A stretch of DNA of 64,000 bases from the human T2T-CHM13v2.0 reference genome, Homo sapiens (GCF_009914755.1 NC_060927.1), one strand, 5' to 3'. Shown: positions 40,562-55,130, counted from the stretch's first letter. The notes: generated by a model not told the origin, from the letters alone. Numbers and translations are program-made.

Positions 40562-43415
40562 TAATATAGTTTGAATATTTGTCTCCACCTAACTGTCATG
40601 TTAAAATGTAACTCCAAGTGTTGAAGGTGAGGCCTAGTGGGAGGTGTTTGCATCGAGGGGCAGATCCCTCATGAGTGAGTTGGGCCATCCCTATGGTGAT
40701 AAGTAAGCTCTTCCTCTGAATTCAAATGAGATCTGATCATTTAGAAGGTGTGACACTTTCCTCCCACTCTCTCTTGCTCCCACTTTTGCCATATGATGTG
40801 CCTGTTCTCCCTTTGCCTTCCACCGTTATTGTAACTTTTGTGAAGCCCTCATCAGAAGCCGAGCAGATGCTGGTGCCGTGCTTGTACAGCCTGCAGAACC
40901 GTGAGCCAATTACACTTCTTTTCTTATAAATTACCCAGTCTCAGGTATTTCTTTATAGCAATGCAAGAACAGCCTAATACAGGAAATTGGTACCAGGAAT
41001 GATGTATTGGTATAAATAAATATACCTGAAAATGTGGGAGCGGTTTTGGAGCTGGGTAATGGGCAGAGGTTGGAAGAGTGTGGAGAACTCAGAAGAAGGT
41101 AGGAAAATGAGGTAAAGTTTGCAACTTCTTACAGACTGGTTAAATGATTGTGAGCACAATGATGACAGAGATATGGACAGTAAAATCCAGGCCAGTGAGG
41201 TCTCAGATGGAAATGAGGAAGTTTTGGGAAATGGAGCAAAAGTCACTTTTGTTAGGCCTTAGCAAAGAACTTGGCTGCATGTTGCTCATGCCCTAGGGAT
41301 CTGTGGAAGTTTGAACTTTGGATTGATGACTTAGGGTATCTAGTAGAAGAAATTTCTAAGCACCAAAGTGTTCAAAAATTTTCCTGGCTGCTTCTGACAG
41401 CCTATGCTCAGATGTGGGGGCAAAGGAATAACTTAATGTTGGAACTGATTTTAAAAGGGTAGCAGAGCATAAAATGGCAAATTTGCAGCCTGGCTATGTG
41501 GCAGAGAAAGAAAACGTTTTTATTTGGCACAGGAATTCAAGAAGGATGTGAAGTAACCACTTGCTAGAGATATTTGCATAACTAAAAAGGAGCCAAGTGC
41601 TAATAACTAAGACAATGGGGAAAAGGCTTCAATGGCATTTCCAAGACCTTCGCAGCATATCCTCCTGTAACAGGTCCAGGGGCCCAGGAGGACTGAATTA
41701 TTTTGAGGGCCAGGGCCCTGCTGCCCTAAGCAGCCTCAAGACACTGCTCCCAGCATCCAGGCTGCTCTAGCTCCTGCCATGGCTCAAAGGGGCCCAGGTA
41801 CAACTTAGGCTTTCATTTTGGAGAATGTAAGTCACAAGTCTTGGCAGCTTCCATGTGGTGGTAAGCACATAGGTGCACAGAATGCAAGAATAAAGAAAGC
41901 TTGGCAGCCTCTGCCTAGATTTCAGAAGGTGTATAAGATTTCTTATACACCCTTGCTTGGGTGTCCAGGTAGAAGCCCATTGCAGGGGAGGAGCCTTCAG
42001 AGAGAACTTCTGCTAGGGCAGTGTGGAGGGGCAATGTGGTGTGGAACCCCTACACAAAGTCCCCACCAGGGGACTGCCTAATGAAGCTGTGAGAAGGGAG
42101 CCACCATCCTCCAGACCCCAGAATAGTAGATCCACTGGTAGCTTTTACCCTGCACCTGGAAAAGCCACAGGCACTCAATAACCTGAGAGAGTAGTTTTGA
42201 GCAATGAATGCTACAAAGCCACAGAGGCAAAGCTGACGAAGGCCTTGGAAGCTCACTCCTTGTACCACTGTGCCCTGGATGTGGGACATGGAGTCAAAAG
42301 AGGTTATTTTGGAGATTTAAGATTTAATGTCTGCCCTGTTGGGTTGTGAACTTGCATGTGGCCTGTAGTCAGTTTCTTTTGGCTGATTTCTCCCTTTTGG
42401 AACAGGATTGTTTACCCAATGCCTGTACACCCATTGTATCTTGGAACTAAATAACTTTTTTTTTTTTTGTAAATTTTCAGGCTGATATGGTTTGGCTGGG
42501 TCCCCATCCAGACCTCAACTTGAATTCCCATGTGTTGTGGGAGGGACCCAGTGGGAGGTAATTGAATCATGGGCGCAGGTCTTTCCCATGTGGTTCTTGT
42601 GATAATGAGTAAGTCTCACAAGATTTGATGGTTATTATAAGAGAGAGTTTTCCTGCACAAGCTCTTTTTGCTTGCTGTCATCCAAGTAAGACATGACTTG
42701 CACCTGCTTGCCTTCTGCCATGATTGTGATGCTTCCCCAGCTACTTGGAACTGTAAGTCCAATTAAACCTCTTTCTTTTGTAAATTTCCCAGTCTTGAGT
42801 ATGTCTTTATCAGTAGCATGCAAACAGGCTAATACACAAGCTTATAGGTGGAAGGGACTTGCCTTGTGAGATGAGACTTTGGTCTATAAACTTCTGAGTT
42901 AATGCTGGAATGAGTTAAGACTCTGGGGGATTATTAGGAAGACATGATTGTATTTTGAAATGTGAGAAGGACATGAGATTGGTTGGGGTGACTGTCAGCG
43001 GCAGAATGATATAATTTGGATATTTGTCCCCACCCAAATCTCCTGTTGAAATGTGATTCCTGGTGTTAGAGGTGGGGACTGGTGGGAGGTATTTGCAGGA
43101 TGGTGGTGGATTCCTCTTGAATGCCGTGGGCCATCCCCTTGGTGATAAGTGAGCTCTTGTGCTGAGTTCATATGAGATCTGATAATTTTAAAGTGTGTGG
43201 CACCTCCCAGCCACTCTCTCTTTCTTGCTTCTCCTTTTGCCATGTGGTGTGCCTGCTCCCCGTTTGCTTTCTGCCATGATTATAAGCTTTGTGAAGCCCT
43301 CATCAGAAGCTGAGCAAATGCTGGTATGGCCTGCAGAGCCATGAGCCAATTAAACCTGTTTTTAAATAATTACTGACTCTCAGTCTTTATAGCAATGCAA
43401 GAATGGTCTAATACA
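40562..43415 (+). mobile_element. Complete MSTB-type MaLR element (LTR 40562-40981, internal region, LTR 43007-43415)
   Basis: Two collinear LTRs ending ...ctaataca, MST-int sequence between them, perfect 5-bp TSD AGGGA. Confidence 0.92.
42483..42836 (+). mobile_element. THE1 (THE1A/B-like) solo LTR nested in MST-int
   Basis: tgatatggtttggctg...ggctaataca; TSD CAGGC/CAAGC. Confidence 0.9.
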
Positions 43416-44164
43416 AGGGATATTAGCTCAGGGATCTGGAGAAACTAAAGGTATATACCAGGTATACAATGGCAGGAACACAAGTACTGGTAAATCATTG
43501 AACTAAAAAAAAAATACATTTTAAAGTGGGCATGACCCCCAGCTATAAGAGTGACTGGACCCAAAGGTCACCAATAAATAGAGCGCAGGGAGAATATAAA
43601 GAAGTGTTAGAATATGTATTAAGTGAATGATGCTGACTAGTTTAATCTACTAGAAATTTAAAAATTAAGAAGTATACTTTTGAACAAAGATCTAAATCAA
43701 CATAAGGATCACAACATAACAATTTATTTTTAATTCCAGATTTATGATCAGATGACCCCTGGGGCATTGCTTCCTCTAGCTATGGTTTGCATGGCAGACT
43801 TGTCAGTAATCACTATTTTCCTTTCTGCAAATTGAGTAGATTTTCAAAGATTGTCTAAATAGGCAGACACCTTCAGCTACAATAATTGATACTGCAAGAT
43901 CTTTCTTCCTCTTTAAAAAGTTGATGTTAGTGTAAAATAAATTTGTAAAAATTCACTTGCTACCTTCCTTTAAATCCATTATTCCATGATTTGTACATAA
44001 AATTAGATTAGGAATAATAACAAAAACTATCACTGTGACACATAAACACTGTGAGATCTCTGGTGAACACTCTTCCATCTCATTAAAAGTGAACCAGTAA
44101 GTTTTTTTTTGATAATTCTTTCGTTTATCTGATAGAAATGATAAGCCATCACTTTATTTGTGGT

Positions 44165-44748
<584 letters not shown>

Positions 44749-44759
44749 CTAGTAATGTG

Positions 44760-45405
44760 CATTTAAGTTTCTCCCTTCCTTTTAGTGCAGGATAGTATCT
44801 ATTGTCTGGATGTACCATATTTTATGTATCCATTTACCTAGTGAAAAACACCTTCTTTGCTCCCAAGTTTTTGCAATTATGATTAAAGCTGCTGTGAATA
44901 TTCATGTGCAGGTTTTTGTGTGGACATGTTTTTAATTCATTTTGTTAAATACCAAAGAGTTTAATTGTTACATTGTATAATAAGAATATATTTAGTTTTG
45001 TAAGAAGCTGCTAAACTTTCTTGCAAAGTGGATGTACTGTTTTGCATTCTCATAGTGATGAATGAGAGTTCTTGTTACTACACATCCTCTCCTGTATTTG
45101 GTATTGTCAGTCTTTTGGATTTTGGTCATTTTGACAGATATAACCAGAAATCAGTAGTGATTTTTCATTGTTTTAATTTGCAATTTTCTAGTTACATATG
45201 ATATTGATAGTTGATATGCTTACTTCCATCTATATATCTTCTTTGATGAGGGATATCCGTTCAGGTCTCTTCTTCAATTTTTAATCCAGTTGTTCATTTT
45301 CTTACTGGTAAATTTTTAGAATTCTTTGTATATTTTAGATAACTGTTCTTTATCAGATGTGCCTTTTGCAAATATTTTTTCCCAATCTATGGTTTGCCTC
45401 CTCAT
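44760..45405 (-). mobile_element. L1MB/MC-type fragment
   Basis: aaagctgctgtgaatattcatgtgcaggtttttgtgtggaca...ttttgcaaatattttttcccaatc. Confidence 0.8.
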
Positions 45406-45486
45406 TATAAAATAATTCACCTTTATAAATGAACATTTTAGGGGTACTTACATGTATTATTAACAGAAATCTAGGTAAATAAGTAG

Positions 45487-46075
45487 TGTAAACCAAAAAC
45501 TAAATTCCGAGGCACTTCAACCATGTGAATGGACCCCCCCTCTCAGCCAAGAGTATTCCAGAGTTATCATTAAAAAACTAGTTCAGACCATGATGGAAGA
45601 GGGGTTCAGACATGCCTCATTATACTCCTCCAGCATTAACATCAAGACAGACCTTAATTCTGATAAGAAACACTTACTATCTATTCTCTCTGAAGCCTGC
45701 TACTTGGAGGCTTCATCTGTATGATAAGACCTTGTTCTCCACAACCCCTTATCTTAACCCAAATATTCCTTTCTATTGATAATAACTCTTTTAAGCAATT
45801 GCCAGTCAGAAAATTTTTAAATATACCTGTGACTGGGAAGCTCCCCGCCCCCACTTCGAGTTGTTTTGGCTTTCGAGGTTGAACCAATGTAACTCTGACA
45901 TGTATTGATTGATGTATTATGTACCATTAGAATGTATAAAAGCATGCTGTATGCCAACCACCTTGGGCACATGTTGTCAGAATTTCCTGAGGCTGGGTCA
46001 TGGATGTGTCCTTACCTTCACAAAATAAACTTTCTAAATTGACTGAGACCTGTCTCAGATACTTTCGGGTTCACA
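45487..46075 (+). mobile_element. MER4B/4D-type ERV1 solo LTR
   Basis: tgtaaaccaaaaa...gggttcaca; TATAAAA and AATAAA present; perfect 4-bp TSD GTAG. Confidence 0.88.
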
Positions 46076-48109
46076 GTAGCTATAATAAAATGCTGTATTA
46101 CCATCTTGTTTGCTAACACTATTTTTCAACCAGAGAACAATAAGGACACATAGCTCAACTGGCATGCTGAAGATAATATCAATATTGGGTCCTGAAAAGC
46201 TGTATCATTAGAATGTAGTAAACTAGAGATGAAACACAGATGTTTTGTGGGACTTCCTAAAATGGTAAGAAAGTGTTCTAAGGAAAAGAAACAGCAGACA
46301 TTTTGGTAAGGCACCATTATCTTCCCCAACCTTGTAGATACTCTCCTCAGTTATAAGTGAAGAAAAAAGAAATTCTAGCCAGTATCTGGCTGCTTATGAT
46401 GGTGAAATGCATATGATGCATATGAAGCATGTTACTTATAGGATCTCTGCAAACCACACCTAGTGGAGGAAACGAAATTATGATGAATCAAGGAGCAGTT
46501 TAGAAGCAAAGTACTGCAGAGAGAATACAACTGTTGTGAATACTTGTATCACCTAGGTATTGAATTTGTTTGGGATTTGTTGTGAAAAATCATGAAAGTC
46601 ATAGAAGAAATATTAGTTTAAACAGTTGTTTATAAACTGTATTCCAACAGGGAAGCTGTACAGGAATAGAAGGGTTCAATAGGTAGTCCTATGCTTCTCA
46701 TCATTTCTTATTGACGAGAATATTATTTATTTATATTAGTTTAACATCTTGTGTTTTGACTTGTGCTTTTATTTTTATTTTTTGGAAAAAGTGTTCTGCA
46801 ACTAAAAAAAATTGAAAACCAATACATTAAATTATTCTGAACTGTAAAGTTTAAAGAATTCTGATGTTCTGCAATACTCCTTAACCTAATGAACTTTAAA
46901 TTCTTTGCCTATAATTATCATTAATCATGTTAAATTCAAGCCTCAACATTACTGAAGAAAATAAATTGGAACTATCACCTTAATCATGGTTTACCTGTCT
47001 TTCGTTCAGCTGCTCAAAAGTATAAATATATTCCACATAATGTACATACACTTGTATAGTTGGAATGTAATTATTTTTTCAGAAGCAGTTTATTAATGTT
47101 TTAAGTAGGTAATGCAATTTTGGATTAGTTATTTTTAATCCCTTAGAGTTTTCATTGTAACACATACTTGGTGCGTTATTTGTATGAACTTTCTTGTTAT
47201 GAGAAGTTTTACTTAGATACCTTGTCAATAAACATTAGACTCAGTCACCTGTTGAAATATGATATATTAAATAAGCCATTAAAATCATTTTTTTGTGTGT
47301 GAATTTGTCATTGCAAGAAACTGATTTTTTTACACCTTCAATAAATGTTAAATCATTGTGATCTGCCTGGATTAACTAGATGAGAGGCATTTCTTTGAAC
47401 TTGAGACTGCGTTTTCCTTTTTCTGTGATTGAACATATACTTTTACATGAAAGGATCAATGCTTTAAAAATTGGTTCATGCAGGGGCGTTCAGTTTTAAG
47501 GCACTGGCTCATGGTAACTAATCATGTATTACTCATTTGTAAGTCGGATGGAGATTTGTTTACAGTAGGGATTATATTCCAGTCATAGTAAGAAACCTAA
47601 TGTCTACTGTGCAGGTCAAAATGTTTCTTATTAACACTACCAGGAAAACTGAACTAGTAAGTTAAATGACTAGTAAGGGTGAAAATAGTGTAAAGATAGT
47701 TGAATGGTATTGAGAAATATTTCACCCAGGATGGAGGAAATGCAGGAGATTTATCTATATAATACACATCTGTTTAGTTACTTGAATATTCCTGACAGCC
47801 ATTTGCTCTTAGACAATGCTGGTTAGCATTGACTCATTTTTAATGTATAAGCTATCTTTTTTTTATGCTCCATGCAAGATCATGGCTTTTCTGACATAAA
47901 ATAAGGATATCACTTCAGATACACTACAAAAGAGCAGAGTGGTTTATAATTTTCCAGGAAACTGAGGTGTGTTTGATCTCCTTGATTGAATTAAGTACAA
48001 TGCACTGATTGTTTGGAGAAATTACTGCTATAGATGGCCACATGCATTAATATAGATTGGGTTATTTTTCAAATTTATAATGGTTTTGCTCCTCTTCACC
48101 AGAAGTAAT

Positions 48110-48545
48110 TCATGGTAGTCTTATAATGTTGCCTCCCAGGCATTGGTGATTAAGTTGAATTAGACACCTGGCACAACAGGCTCCAACTAGGTTCTCCTTT
48201 CATTGGGATTTTGGAGTTGGGAATGAGACAGAAGTGACCCTTTGCTTATGCATAACATTTACCATGTGAAATCTGAAGCTATGTTGTGGCCCTAACATTC
48301 CAAACAGATAAAGAATCTGACAGAAGAATAATGAAGCTATGCAAAAAGAAACAACATTGAGAAAAGAAAAAAAAACTTTTAATAGTTTACATTTCCTTTA
48401 TTCTAGGTAATTTCTGAGGTCCATCTGCAAACCTATTTAGGTACCATAGGACCTCTCTCCCACATTTCTTTAAATCCCTTTTTTTGTTTAAGCAAGCTTG
48501 AGTTGTTTCTGTCACTTGTATCTAACATAGCTCACTAAATAATAG
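48110..48545 (+). mobile_element. Old MLT1 (K/L-like) LTR
   Basis: 3' end aaatcccttttttgtttaagcaagcttgagttgtttctgtcacttg. Confidence 0.6.
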
Positions 48546-49734
48546 TAGAATTCATGAATGAGAGAATCAATATGAGGACACATGTATGTAACATGGTATG
48601 TGCTCAATATATTTTAATTACACCTGATATTGAAATGTTATGATTTTTAAACTTTCATTTTCAGAGGGTAACCTTTATCTGACTTTGTCCTCAAATTCTG
48701 GGATTCCTTTGGAGTGCCCCCTCAAGCTCTTTCTGCAACCATATTTAAGATTAACTTCAAATCTAAGGTTACATAAAATCATTTGCCTTATTTAACAAGG
48801 CAAAATATTGAGACATTATCCTCTAAGAAACAAAGTAATAAGTCATAGTTAGAGCTAATGAGTTGCTATTGAATTTGTACAGGCGAATCAAGGACCTTCT
48901 CTCATTCAGCTAGAAATGCTGATCTTATGTTAGCTTGCCATTGATATCTTAATCTTATTGACAAAAATGTAAAAGTGTGAAGCATAGTGTGACTTCTGTG
49001 TTGAATCTACTGAATGAGTAAAATCTGAAAGGAGTGGACATTGTTAACTGGGAGTAATGTTTAATTTTTTTACCTCTACAAATTGCTACTTTAACATTTT
49101 AAAATTTGTATAAAGCCTTATTTATTTTTTGATTTGTATCTTTATGACCCAATCCTCTTAGGAATTTTTGTGTGTGTGTGCAGTATATTTACTGTGTAAT
49201 TTTATTGTTTCAAATGTATAGTGACTGGAGAGGATGATAGGTTTGGACTTGTTTGATCAATTCCTTCAGGTACTAGTTCCCTTTAATTGCAGTATTGATT
49301 GCTGCAGGTATAACGGGACTTGTGACTTCATAAGACACACCATGTCAGCCTTCAGAGGAAGTAGAAGCTTTGGAAGCAAGTGGTTCAGGTTACTATTTAT
49401 CTCATGACCCTATGAAAGTCGACATGTGTCATCAAAAGTGACATGCCAAAGATTCAGATTTCTTTGGCATAGCTTCTGAAAGTTAAGACAATTCTCTGAA
49501 TCTTTATAGTCTTGAAATCTCTCCATGTAGTTTTTCCCTTGAGAATGTTAGTATTTCTTTAGTTCATCAAGGTCCGATGAAAAGCAGTTTTTTGTCTTCT
49601 CTAGTTCCTGGTTGGCCTTTTTGTTTCAGATAACAACCAGTAGAAGAAGAGTTTTGAAATCCTGGGATCTCATAATTTAGTAATGGAAATAAGCCATAGA
49701 TACAAATAGTGTCAACCCAAGATGGTCTGTAGTG

Positions 49735-49915
49735 GACTAGCTGAGACTGAGGCAACAGGGAAGCGTAACTGTGGAAAGTGAATATGAAGCTGCTGAAGCT
49801 GACTCAGCCACTTTTTAGCTTCTTCTGTGTTGGTGACCTTGAGCAATAAATACGATCTATGTCACTTTCAGTTTTCTCATCTGAAAAATAAGAATAAGAA
49901 TGATATTCTTACAGT
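49735..49915 (+). mobile_element. MIR fragment
   Basis: gtgaccttgagcaa...ttcagttttctcatctgaaaaataagaataa. Confidence 0.65.
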
Positions 49916-50394
49916 ATAATATTACCCCTATAATATTATATAATATGGTATAATTAGGGAAGATGCCAAGAAAGAAAACCTAACTGAAGGGATACGTAGG
50001 GTTTCAAAGCCTGAGGTGGTAGAAAATGCTTCTTAAGTGGTGGAGATCAGAGGTGTGAAATTTTAAGGTATGACCACAGAGAAGCTAGAAAACTAGTTTG
50101 ACAGGTGACTAATACTTATGTGTGCCAGAGTTTGTTAAACTTTTCGGCTGGAAGACCCCTAAGGCCATGGGGAAATGACTGATCCTAGGGAAGGAAACAC
50201 CACCACCGTCACCTCTACCATTGCCACAATAATAACACATTTATCAAGGGCTTGAATAGAGAATATTGTATTTTATGTGTAAACAATTGTATTAATTAGC
50301 TTAATGTATACTTACTACTCACAAATTATTTTCTCTTTATACTTTAACAACAAAGCCCAAAGAACCAGGCTCTTATATCTACACTGTCTCAGCT

Positions 50395-50530
50395 GAGTGC
50401 TAACATAACCCAAATAAATATTTCATTGCATGAGATAAGGAAAGTGAGGCTCACAATTAATGAGTTAGTATGTGTTAGAGCTGAGTCTTGGGAATGTGAG
50501 TACCAGAGCACTCTCTCTAAGCCTGTCTGT
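50395..50530 (-). mobile_element. MIR fragment
   Basis: gataaggaaagtgaggctcac...tgttagagctgag. Confidence 0.5.
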
Positions 50531-50815
50531 ATACTGCTTCTGGGGATTTGGTTGTGGGTGTCAATATTTTTGGAAAGCTATTATTCTATTCTATTCTTAT
50601 TATTTTTAAATCACAAAAATGTTGAATGTAACTCTATAATACATGCATTTGTTTTGATATAATATGTTTTTAAATTTTTTTCTGTGCAAATGCTTTCCTC
50701 TACCTATTAAGTACATTAATAGTATAATACATACTATCAATTTCAAAAAATCTCATATTTTTAAGTGTTTCCTTTCAAGGTTATTAAGTTATAACCTTGA
50801 AAAATATTCAGACAA

Positions 50816-50990
50816 TTTTTTTCTTTTTTTCTTTTTTTTTTCTTTTTTTCTTTTTTTTTTGGAGACAAGGTCTCACTCTGTTTCCCAGGCTGGAGTGCAG
50901 TGGTGTTATCTCAAACTCCTGGGTTCAAGCAGTACTCCTGCTTTGACCTCCCAAAGTGCTGGGATTTCAGGCATGAGCCGCCAGCTGGCC
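50816..50990 (-). mobile_element. Monomer-sized old Alu (AluJ with internal deletion, or FLAM-like)
   Basis: T-tail, right-arm end (caggctggagtgcagtgg) joined directly to left-arm start (ctcaaactcctggg...cccaaagtgctggga). Confidence 0.8.
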
Positions 50991-52184
50991 CACACAAATT
51001 CTTAATTTGTTTGTTTGATGATACTTTTTACTATATAATTCCTAGCCAAGACTTTGTTACTTTGAGAAAAAAAAATCAAATGCTCTTTCTTCAACATTTG
51101 CATAATTTTAAAATTTGCTGTAATATTAAGTTTCACGTAGTTAAGGTTTTGTGAAGACAGAATAAATTTGTCTTTCTCGAAGTATCATAGTTTTTAAATT
51201 TATGATTTATAGTTTAATGCTTGTTATAAAGAAATATAAATGTCCCTTAAAAATTATAAATGGATTTCTAAACTTCAAATTTACAGTTGCTTGAACTATG
51301 TATTGTAGGGCATTAATACAGGATAATTTTCAAAAAAGTAGTTGTCTCTGTATCTTTTCCTAAAATCACATAAGATTCAATTCTAATTAATATTATCTGC
51401 CTTATTAAAGAAAATAATTGCATTCCAGGTGTAAACAGTTGTATTAATTTACTTAATGTGAACTTACTGCTTATGTTATTTTCTGTTAATACTTTAACAA
51501 TGAAACACAAGTGCTAGTTTGAATTAGTTATGTTTCATATCTTGATTAGCAGCATTTCTCTGGGAAAAAACAAAGTTTGCAAGATTTATGAAATCCAGGT
51601 ATAATTCAATAAATACAAAAAATGTATTTATTGATAGTAATGAATAGATACTAAGCACATCTTAGGAATAACAAAGCAAAACAAAATTCCCAAAAGAACC
51701 CCAGATATCTGAATAGCACGATTTGCTTGTTCTAGTCTTAAATAAGAACTTAAATAGATGCACTTTTAAGTCTTAATTTTTATAGTACAGGCTGGTCCCT
51801 AGAGAAGTGAATTAAGATTATATTTACATGTAACATTTTAGAGTGTAGGTAGCAAGCCAGAAAAGAGAGAAATAAAGATTTAAGAAGCCATCATGCCTAT
51901 GGTACTGCTTTCTTCTCGGGCATGTGGCCAAAAGTTTGCCCTTTTTTGTCCAGGAGGAAAATAAGACTGCTATTTTGGTTAAGATTCCTTAGTAATAGAG
52001 AGTTACTTAAAAACAGTACCCCAAATATAATGTATTAAAAAAATGAAATGCAGAAACTTCTTGTAAATTTTCTTTTCTTTTTAAAAAATATACCTATATG
52101 AAAAAATAAACAATCTGAGGGATCAGTAGTTTCTGGTTAGGGAGTTTCAGTTTCAGTTCCATAAAACACGAAGTGATTTTTAAA

Positions 52185-53640
52185 AATTGTCTCTACTCTT
52201 GAGGAGTTTAAGTTTAGCAGCATATAAAAAAGTAAGTAAATAATTATATTATCTTATTCATTACATTCTACCTGTAGAGTACAGAGGAGTGCAGTGAAGT
52301 TGAGATTAAAAAGGTATCACAGAGGAGGAGTTGATATATGATGAGAAGAATTGTGAGGTGATATTCATTTAATAAATGAATAAAAGCAAGTACAAAACAA
52401 CGTGCAAAAGTATGGAGAAGCAAAATAATTAGGTGTGTTCAAAAAATGTGAATTAGGCAATTCTGGAAATGAAGGAGTGAAAGGGACCTGTTGGATAGAT
52501 ATGAGACTGCAGGGCAATCATATGAAGCAAACTGTGATATGTTTGCTTAAGATACTTAAAGTTTTATGATTTAGATGATAGTACATTAGGATAGTTTCTG
52601 AGTCAGCTTTGCAAGATAAGACTGTTCACATTACTAGTGTGGAAAACAAATTCACTAGTAGTGAACCTGGTGATAGCTGGTTTCTCCATTGACCAAACCT
52701 AAGCAGAGAAAGCCAGAATATGTGGGAGCTCACTGTAATAATCCCTATAAGTCATCTTCTTAGGGCACAGAGCAAGAAGTGGAGAGGGTCAGGAATGGGT
52801 CTGGAAGGTCAAGTGGAAGATATTCATCATAGAAGGACCCAGGGAGGGCTGACTCAGGCAGAACATGCCAACCAAGATAAGATACGATCCTCGAGAGAAG
52901 GAAACTAGGCAATATCAACACAGACAAGAAAATGAGAAGTAAATCAATACAGTGGTTGTTATAGAAAAGTTTGATGTTAGTTAAAAGGTTATTTTTCATA
53001 GTTTAAATGAGAAATGCACAGCACTAAATCTAAGAGATAGGTGATAAAGATGGAGAAGTGGGACAGATTGAGAGTCATTTCAGTAAGATTTAGTGATTAA
53101 TACACCTAGTGAGAAGGAGAGAATCACATCAATTTCCAGGAGTATAGCTTTGGGGAGGGAAAATGATAATAGATTCAGTTTTGGATATGTTGAGTTTCAA
53201 GCTTCTGTGGAATACGTGGGTTGTAAAATTCAGTAGAAACCGCATATCTGCATATATATGTATATGCTTATGCAAATGCATATAATATCTATGTGTGTAT
53301 GAATGTGTATGTGTGTGTATATATGTGTGTATTTTTGTATGTGTGTGCATCCAATCATGGGGAGTCAAGATGGTCATAATATAAAATATCATGGAGAGGT
53401 CAAGAAACAAGAAGATAAGGTCAGTAGAGTGTATGTTGGATAGTATAGATGATGATCTTAATAAGAGCAGTTTTAGTGGAATGGTGTGAAAATAAGTTAT
53501 TTTCCAATGGGTCAAGTGGTGAAAGGAAGTGAGGAATAGAAAGCAGTGAGTCTACATTCGTCTTGTAAGAAGTTTTGTGAAATAAATTAAAAACGATTAT
53601 GATTGCTTGAGGGGCAGTTAGGATGGAAGTTCCTTGAAGA
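52185..53640 (-). mobile_element. Decayed L2 segments with an embedded (TG/TA)n low-complexity tract at 53250-53350
   Basis: ttcagttttggatatgttgagtttcaag; agagcagttttagtggaatggtg. Confidence 0.6.
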
Positions 53641-53857
53641 AACATTCATAGGGTACATGCAAGTGTTACTTAACATTGTAAGGCTACAAAATTTTAGACT
53701 TGGGAATTTAAGGAGCATACTTTAGAAGGATAGCAACATCCAGATTTAAAGGGGTATTGTAATCCTCAATAGGGAGTAAACAAGTACAACGTGTGTCTCT
53801 TTCTCTTGCATCTCAAAGCATATATGCTAGCACCCGAACAAGACAGTATATGGTGTT

Positions 53858-55130
53858 ATATATTGGTGCAAATGTAATCACGGTTTTGGGCCATGAATTT
53901 TAAATCATTATAACTAGGCTCAAACATGTTTATTAAAGAAACTTGGAATCATTGCAATCAACATACTTTTGCCAATGAGAAATGTTTGTTTATTCCTGTA
54001 GTGGAAAAATCCATGCTTTGAGATTCGATGAACTCTTGGAAAGCATTTTCGGCATCCTGCTGGTTGTGAAAGCATTTTTCCCTGCAAAATGTTGTGGAGA
54101 TGCTTGAAGAAGTGGTAGCTGGTTGATGAGGTCAAGTGAATATGGCAGATAGGGCAAAACTTCGTAGCCCAATTTATTCAACTTCTGAAGCATTGGTTGT
54201 GTGATGTGCAGTCGGGTGTTTTCATGGAGAAGAATTGGGCTCTTTCTTTTGACCAGTGGTGGCTGCAGACATTGCAGTTTCTGGTGCATCTCATCCATTT
54301 GCTGAGCATACTTCTTAAATGTAATGGTTTCGACAAATTCAGAAAACTGTAGTGTATCAGACCAGCAGCAGACCACCAAACAGTGACCATGAGCCTTTTT
54401 TGGGTGCAAGTTTGGATTTGGGAAGTGCTTTGGAGCGTCTTCTCGGTCCAGCCATTGAGCTGGTCATCATCGGTTGTTGTACAAAATCCACTTTTCATCA
54501 CATATCACAATCTAATCAAGAAATGGTTTATTGTTGTTGCATAGAATAAGAGAGAACAACACTTCAAAACAATGACTTTTTTTGATTTTCATTCAGCTCA
54601 TGAAGCACCCACTTATCGAGCTTTTTCACCTTTCCAATTTGCTTCAAATGCCAAATGACTGTAGAGTGGCCAACGTTGAGTTCTTCAACAACTTCTCTTG
54701 TAGTTATAAGAGGATCAGCTTTGATGATTGCTCTCAATTGGTCATTGTCAACTTCCAGTGGCTGGCCACCACACTCCTCTTGTTCAAGGCTCTTGTCTCC
54801 TTTGCAAAACTTCTTGAACTGCGACTTCACTGTTCGTTAGCAGTTCTTTGGCCAAATGCATTGTTGATGTTGCACTTGTCTCTGCTGCTTTATGACCCAT
54901 TTGGAACTCAAATAAGAATATCACTCGAATTTGCCTTTTATCTTACATCATTTCCATAGTCTAAAATTGATGTAAAATAAACATCAAGTAACAAGTCATT
55001 AGCAAAAAAAATTGTGAAATGCACATTAAAATGATGTATAACATAACCACATTTATTTAAGAATGTATTCCATTACCAAACGGTAAATTTCAACAGTGCA
55101 AAAACTGCAACTGCTTTTGCACCAACCTAA
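53858..55130 (-). mobile_element. Near full-length HSMAR1 mariner with an inactivated transposase
   Basis: TIRs ttggtgcaaatgtaatcacggtt and aactgcaactgcttttgcaccaacctaa; ~1.27 kb; transposase motifs WVLHEL, CDEKW, LLHENTR and PYSLDL spread over shifted frames. Confidence 0.93.

Noticed and set aside
45608-45617. p53 half-site AGACATGCCT in the MER4-type LTR
   Set aside because: Only one half-site, with no adjacent partner
46405-46432. ATGCATATG-ATGCATATG repeat resembling a POU site
   Set aside because: Short slippage duplication; insufficient evidence for function
53990-54830. Mariner transposase ORFs as a functional gene or SETMAR
   Set aside because: Split over several frames, catalytic residues altered, no SET-domain exons
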